From Leptospira sp. (GTDB lineage Bacteria; Spirochaetota; Leptospiria; Leptospirales; Leptospiraceae), in NCBI GenBank assembly GCA_034439575.1, contig JAWXAQ010000005.1, positions 83,108 through 147,107 of the forward strand: a stretch of 64,000 nucleotides of DNA. Direction: 5' to 3'. Positions within the stretch are counted from its first letter, which is position 1. Each line of letters begins with the position of its first letter. The position numbers and the translations under genes were made by a program. Below the pieces are notes generated by a model. That model was given only the letters and a program-made list of their open reading frames with translations. It did no database searches and was not told the DNA's origin. Positions 61,473 through 64,000 of this stretch are shown here, in pieces.

Positions 61473-61649
61473 AAAAGCCCCACGTATTAGGTTAGGCTTT
61501 TCTTTCTTTAACCAGCGCATTAGCTTTTGACTTAGCTGTTTCCCGACTGGCTCCTGAGCTTGTCGAGGGACATTTACAATAAACAACGTAGCGTGACCAT
61601 TACGGTTCACCTAACAAGGGATGGTTAAATTGTTCCTTTATAAAAGGAG
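61473..61649 (-). repeat. Structured intergenic element, copy 2
   Basis: Aligns end to end with copy 3, e.g. CAACGTAGCGTGACCATT and CTAACAAGGGATGGTTAAATTGTTCCTTTATAAAAGGAG are identical. Confidence 0.92.
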
Positions 61650-61772
61650 AACTAAGCTTTGCTCGCTAAAAACTCTTAGAATATTTTCCTACTGAAAATA
61701 TTCTGTGGCTACCTTGTTAGGACTTCATCCTCTTCACGAGTTTCAACTTAGAACTGCCTCTCCTTGCGATTA

Positions 61773-61910
61773 TAGGGCGAGTCCCCAAACACCTCTCGTA
61801 GTTCCGAACTCAATTCAGAAGTGATGAATAAATTCACAATTCGTTGGGGTCGGGCTATCCAGGGCTTTGGTCGCCTTGCGACCGCTAACGCGCCCTTACT
61901 ATCCCTCTCG
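61773..61910. repeat. GC-rich multi-stem REP/MITE-like element
   Basis: CCCCAA(A)C/GTTGGGG arms; GGTCGC-CTT-GCGACC hairpin inside AGGGC/GCCCT. Confidence 0.5.
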
Positions 61911-62409
61911 CTGAGGAAATGAAGACACTTATTTTCATTTCTTTAAAAACAAAAGAGAATTCTTATTTGCCAGCCTTCACTCGAGAATCAGAACACAAAT
62001 ATTTAAGGCAAAACCATTTTAGAAATTTTATTGCCAGTAAAACGGAAAAAGTTGAATCCACTTTTGCAAAATTTCAAATTGGAAGTTAGCAGATGTTGAA
62101 AAACTTCTCGCCTATTGGAAAAATATAGTCGCCACTCGCTCCGACTGGCTTCCCACGGTACAGCGGGCTCACCGCAAGTAATGGACATTCTGTCCCGAAT
62201 ATCGGGTTTCCCTTCTGGATTCGGAGACTGGATCTTATCAAAAGGCTAAGGACTTTCCTAAGTGGTTAAATAACATAGCGATGAAATAAATCTTCGCTGA
62301 ATCATCCAATTATAACAATCCAAATGCGACAAAACGAAATACTCAATTTTGACAATGCAATTAATAATTATAATCGCCTTTTAGTTACCCGCCTAACGAT
62401 AAAGGCCAG

Positions 62410-62479
62410 TGTGTCGCAAAGATCGGGCATCCCTATTTTGTTTGGGATTTTGGTTCAGGAAAAACCCCTACCAAAGTCC
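62410..62479 (+). repeat. ~70-bp degenerate direct repeat, copy A
   Basis: TGTGTCGC..ATCGGGCATCCCT..TTGGGA..GGTTCAGGAAAAACCCCTACCAA matches 63738-63808. Confidence 0.75.
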
Positions 62480-62653
62480 AAAGTGGCTAAAAGGTCGATG
62501 CAAATTTGGGGTAAGCCTTCTGTTTGTCGGGACTTGGTCTGGGACAAAATCTAACCCATATCCTAAGTAGTTTTAAAGTAATAAGATCAAAGGAAAAAGC
62601 ATTCCGTACAACAAATTACTGACGATTTCGATAGGTTTTTCAGTTGTTATTCG

Positions 62654-62681
62654 TTGACCGGTAATTCTCAGCACTTATATT
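62654..62681 (+). promoter_or_regulatory. Putative sigma70 promoter of the tail-collar gene
   Basis: TTGACC-16 nt-TATATT ending 11 nt before the ATG. Confidence 0.5.
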
Positions 62682-62692
62682 AGGAAATAGAA

Positions 62693-63289
62693 ATGGTAAT
62701 CAATTCTCCTCATCAGCACAAAACGCGCGCTAGCGAGAACATAAAGAGCGGATTTTTGAAAGGTGTTGGATTCGGACTAGGGCTCCTAACAACGAGCCTT
62801 TTTGCAGCTGCAACAGCCATGAAAGTCTTCTCGGCTGGGGAAGCGCTGAGTTCTTCCAAAATCAATCAAAACTTTGCCATTGCGGCGCCAGAAGGTGCAA
62901 TCGTTCCCTTTTATCTAGATAGCTGTCCTGACGGTTGGGCAGCCGCCGACGGAACCAACGGGACTCCAGACCTGCGAGGTCTTTTTGTGCGTGGTCGCGA
63001 CAATGTCGGTACCGGTGCCGCAGGGAACGATCCAAGTGGTAATCGTGCTATCGGAAATCTACAGACGGATGCATTTCAGGGCCATTGGCATTTACCCTCA
63101 TTAGGAACCAGATTTCTAGAATACACTTCCACGTCGAATATAGCTTCAGGTGGAGGTAATGCCAATGGTGAGTTTCAAAGTACTGCAACAGGCAGCCCAA
63201 CGACTGACGGAGCTAACGGAACCCCACGAACTGCAACCGAAACTCGCCCAAAAAACGTAGCACTCACTTTTTGTATGCGTAAAAATTAA
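62693..63289 (+). CDS. Secreted protein with phage tail-collar / tail-fibre-tip domain
   Basis: Signal-like 'GVGFGLGLLTTSLFAAA'; collar 'PEGAIVPF...CPDGWAAADG...TPDLRGLFVRG'; 'QTDAFQGHWH'; 'ETRPKNVAL'. Confidence 0.85.
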   Translation: MVINSPHQHKTRASENIKSGFLKGVGFGLGLLTTSLFAAATAMKVFSAGEALSSSKINQNFAIAAPEGAIVPFYLDSCPDGWAAADGTNGTPDLRGLFVRGRDNVGTGAAGNDPSGNRAIGNLQTDAFQGHWHLPSLGTRFLEYTSTSNIASGGGNANGEFQSTATGSPTTDGANGTPRTATETRPKNVALTFCMRKN

Positions 63290-63335
63290 TTTTTGAGCTC
63301 AAAAAAGAATGATGCCACTTCAATAAAGAATTGAA

Positions 63336-63584
63336 ATGAATGTTATCGAGCGTAAAACAACCATTAGGTTCATACTTTCAATTGCTCTCCTTTTACTCCC
63401 CGTATCCTGCAGCCTGGATTTAAACCATGCATATGATACCAAAACCACAGAATATTTCAAAACGCAGATAAAGATCTGCATTGCCCAGAGATTCAGGAAT
63501 TGCCAAATCTTTGGAGTGAACTATGGGGGCAGTTGCCTTTTCGATGAAAATCTGTTCGACGATGGTTGCACGTACTCACCATAA
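63336..63584 (+). CDS. Small Cys-rich putative lipoprotein
   Basis: Basic N-terminus, hydrophobic core, 'LLLPVSC' lipobox-like motif, four further Cys. Confidence 0.6.
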   Translation: MNVIERKTTIRFILSIALLLLPVSCSLDLNHAYDTKTTEYFKTQIKICIAQRFRNCQIFGVNYGGSCLFDENLFDDGCTYSP

Positions 63585-63737
63585 AATCGTTAAAGACAGC
63601 TTCATCGAATAAAGTTCTCAACCCTGCACTCTTTGGATTGATCGCATTAGACAAAATCAGACCAATTGTTTCAATCAATGTATCCACGGAATAAAAAATA
63701 ATCGCCTTTAAGCATGTCGGCTTCCTATACAGTGCAT

Positions 63738-63808
63738 TGTGTCGCGAGAATCAGGTATCCCTTTTGTTTTTTTGGGGATCGGATCTGGTAAAAGCCTTAC
63801 CAACTTCC
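63738..63808 (+). repeat. ~70-bp degenerate direct repeat, copy B
   Basis: TGTGTCGC..ATCAGGTATCCCT..TTGGGG..GGATCTGGTAAAAGCCTTACCAA matches 62410-62479. Confidence 0.75.
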
Positions 63809-63832
63809 TATATAGTTAATTCCCTCTCCAAC

Positions 63833-64000
63833 AAACAAAAAAAGCCCCACTGTTTAGGTGAGGCTTTCTTTCTTTAACCATATAACTGGCATTTATCTTT
63901 AGTTGTTTCCAACCAATCATTTACAATATACAACGTAGCGTGACCATTCCGATTCATCTAACAAGGGATGGTTAAATTGTTCCTTTATAAAAGGAGGTGA
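63833..64000 (-). repeat. Structured intergenic element, copy 3 (runs off window edge); candidate ncRNA
   Basis: Minus strand: UCACCUCCUUU head, UUUAACCAU/AUGGUUAAA helix, GGUUG-GAAA-CAACU hairpin, GCCUCAC/GUGGGGC-U7 terminator. Confidence 0.9.

Noticed and set aside
61401-61610. 69-aa minus-strand ORF across repeat copy 2 (and 56400-56585 on + across copy 1)
   Set aside because: The frames are not preserved between copies, which differ by indels.
62693-63584. Prophage
   Set aside because: A single tail-collar gene with a signal-like N-terminus; no integrase, capsid, terminase or other tail genes.
56329-64000. CRISPR array
   Set aside because: Repeats are ~170 bp, degenerate and kilobases apart; no cas genes.
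63990-64000. 16S rRNA gene call
   Set aside because: Only 10-11 nt match the 16S 3' end, and the other two copies continue into non-rRNA sequence. It cannot be called from this window.

Overview
AT-rich bacterial chromosomal window. Gene content and protein styles (7TM-DISM sensors, spirochaete-type lipoproteins, fatty-acid activation genes) point to Leptospira, probably a saprophytic lineage; this is inference. About 1-35 kb is gene-dense core-like DNA. It carries rsmA (partial), a sterol-desaturase/AGMO-like gene, an M23 peptidase, rsmI, prmA, an acyl-CoA synthetase/dehydrogenase/kinase/MaoC operon, a partner-switching (STAS/RsbW/SpoIIE) operon and rhlE. It also has a short-form leuA behind an unannotated leucine attenuator, opgG-orf-opgH, and a carbonic anhydrase-sbtA-sbtB-fabI operon opposite a membrane AraC regulator. 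About 37-64 kb is accessory-looking, with long intergenic gaps, deletion-eroded pseudogenes, a GNAT-like/TetR pair, an alpha-2-macroglobulin/pbpC locus, a large FN3/beta-propeller lipoprotein and a secreted phage tail-collar-domain protein. The most unusual signal is a ~160-180 bp structured non-coding element present three times in the same orientation (56.3, 61.5, 63.8 kb). It has an anti-Shine-Dalgarno head, a long-range helix and an intrinsic terminator on the minus strand, and it punctuates surface-protein genes like a cassette array. No tRNA, CRISPR array, transposase or integrase was recognised.
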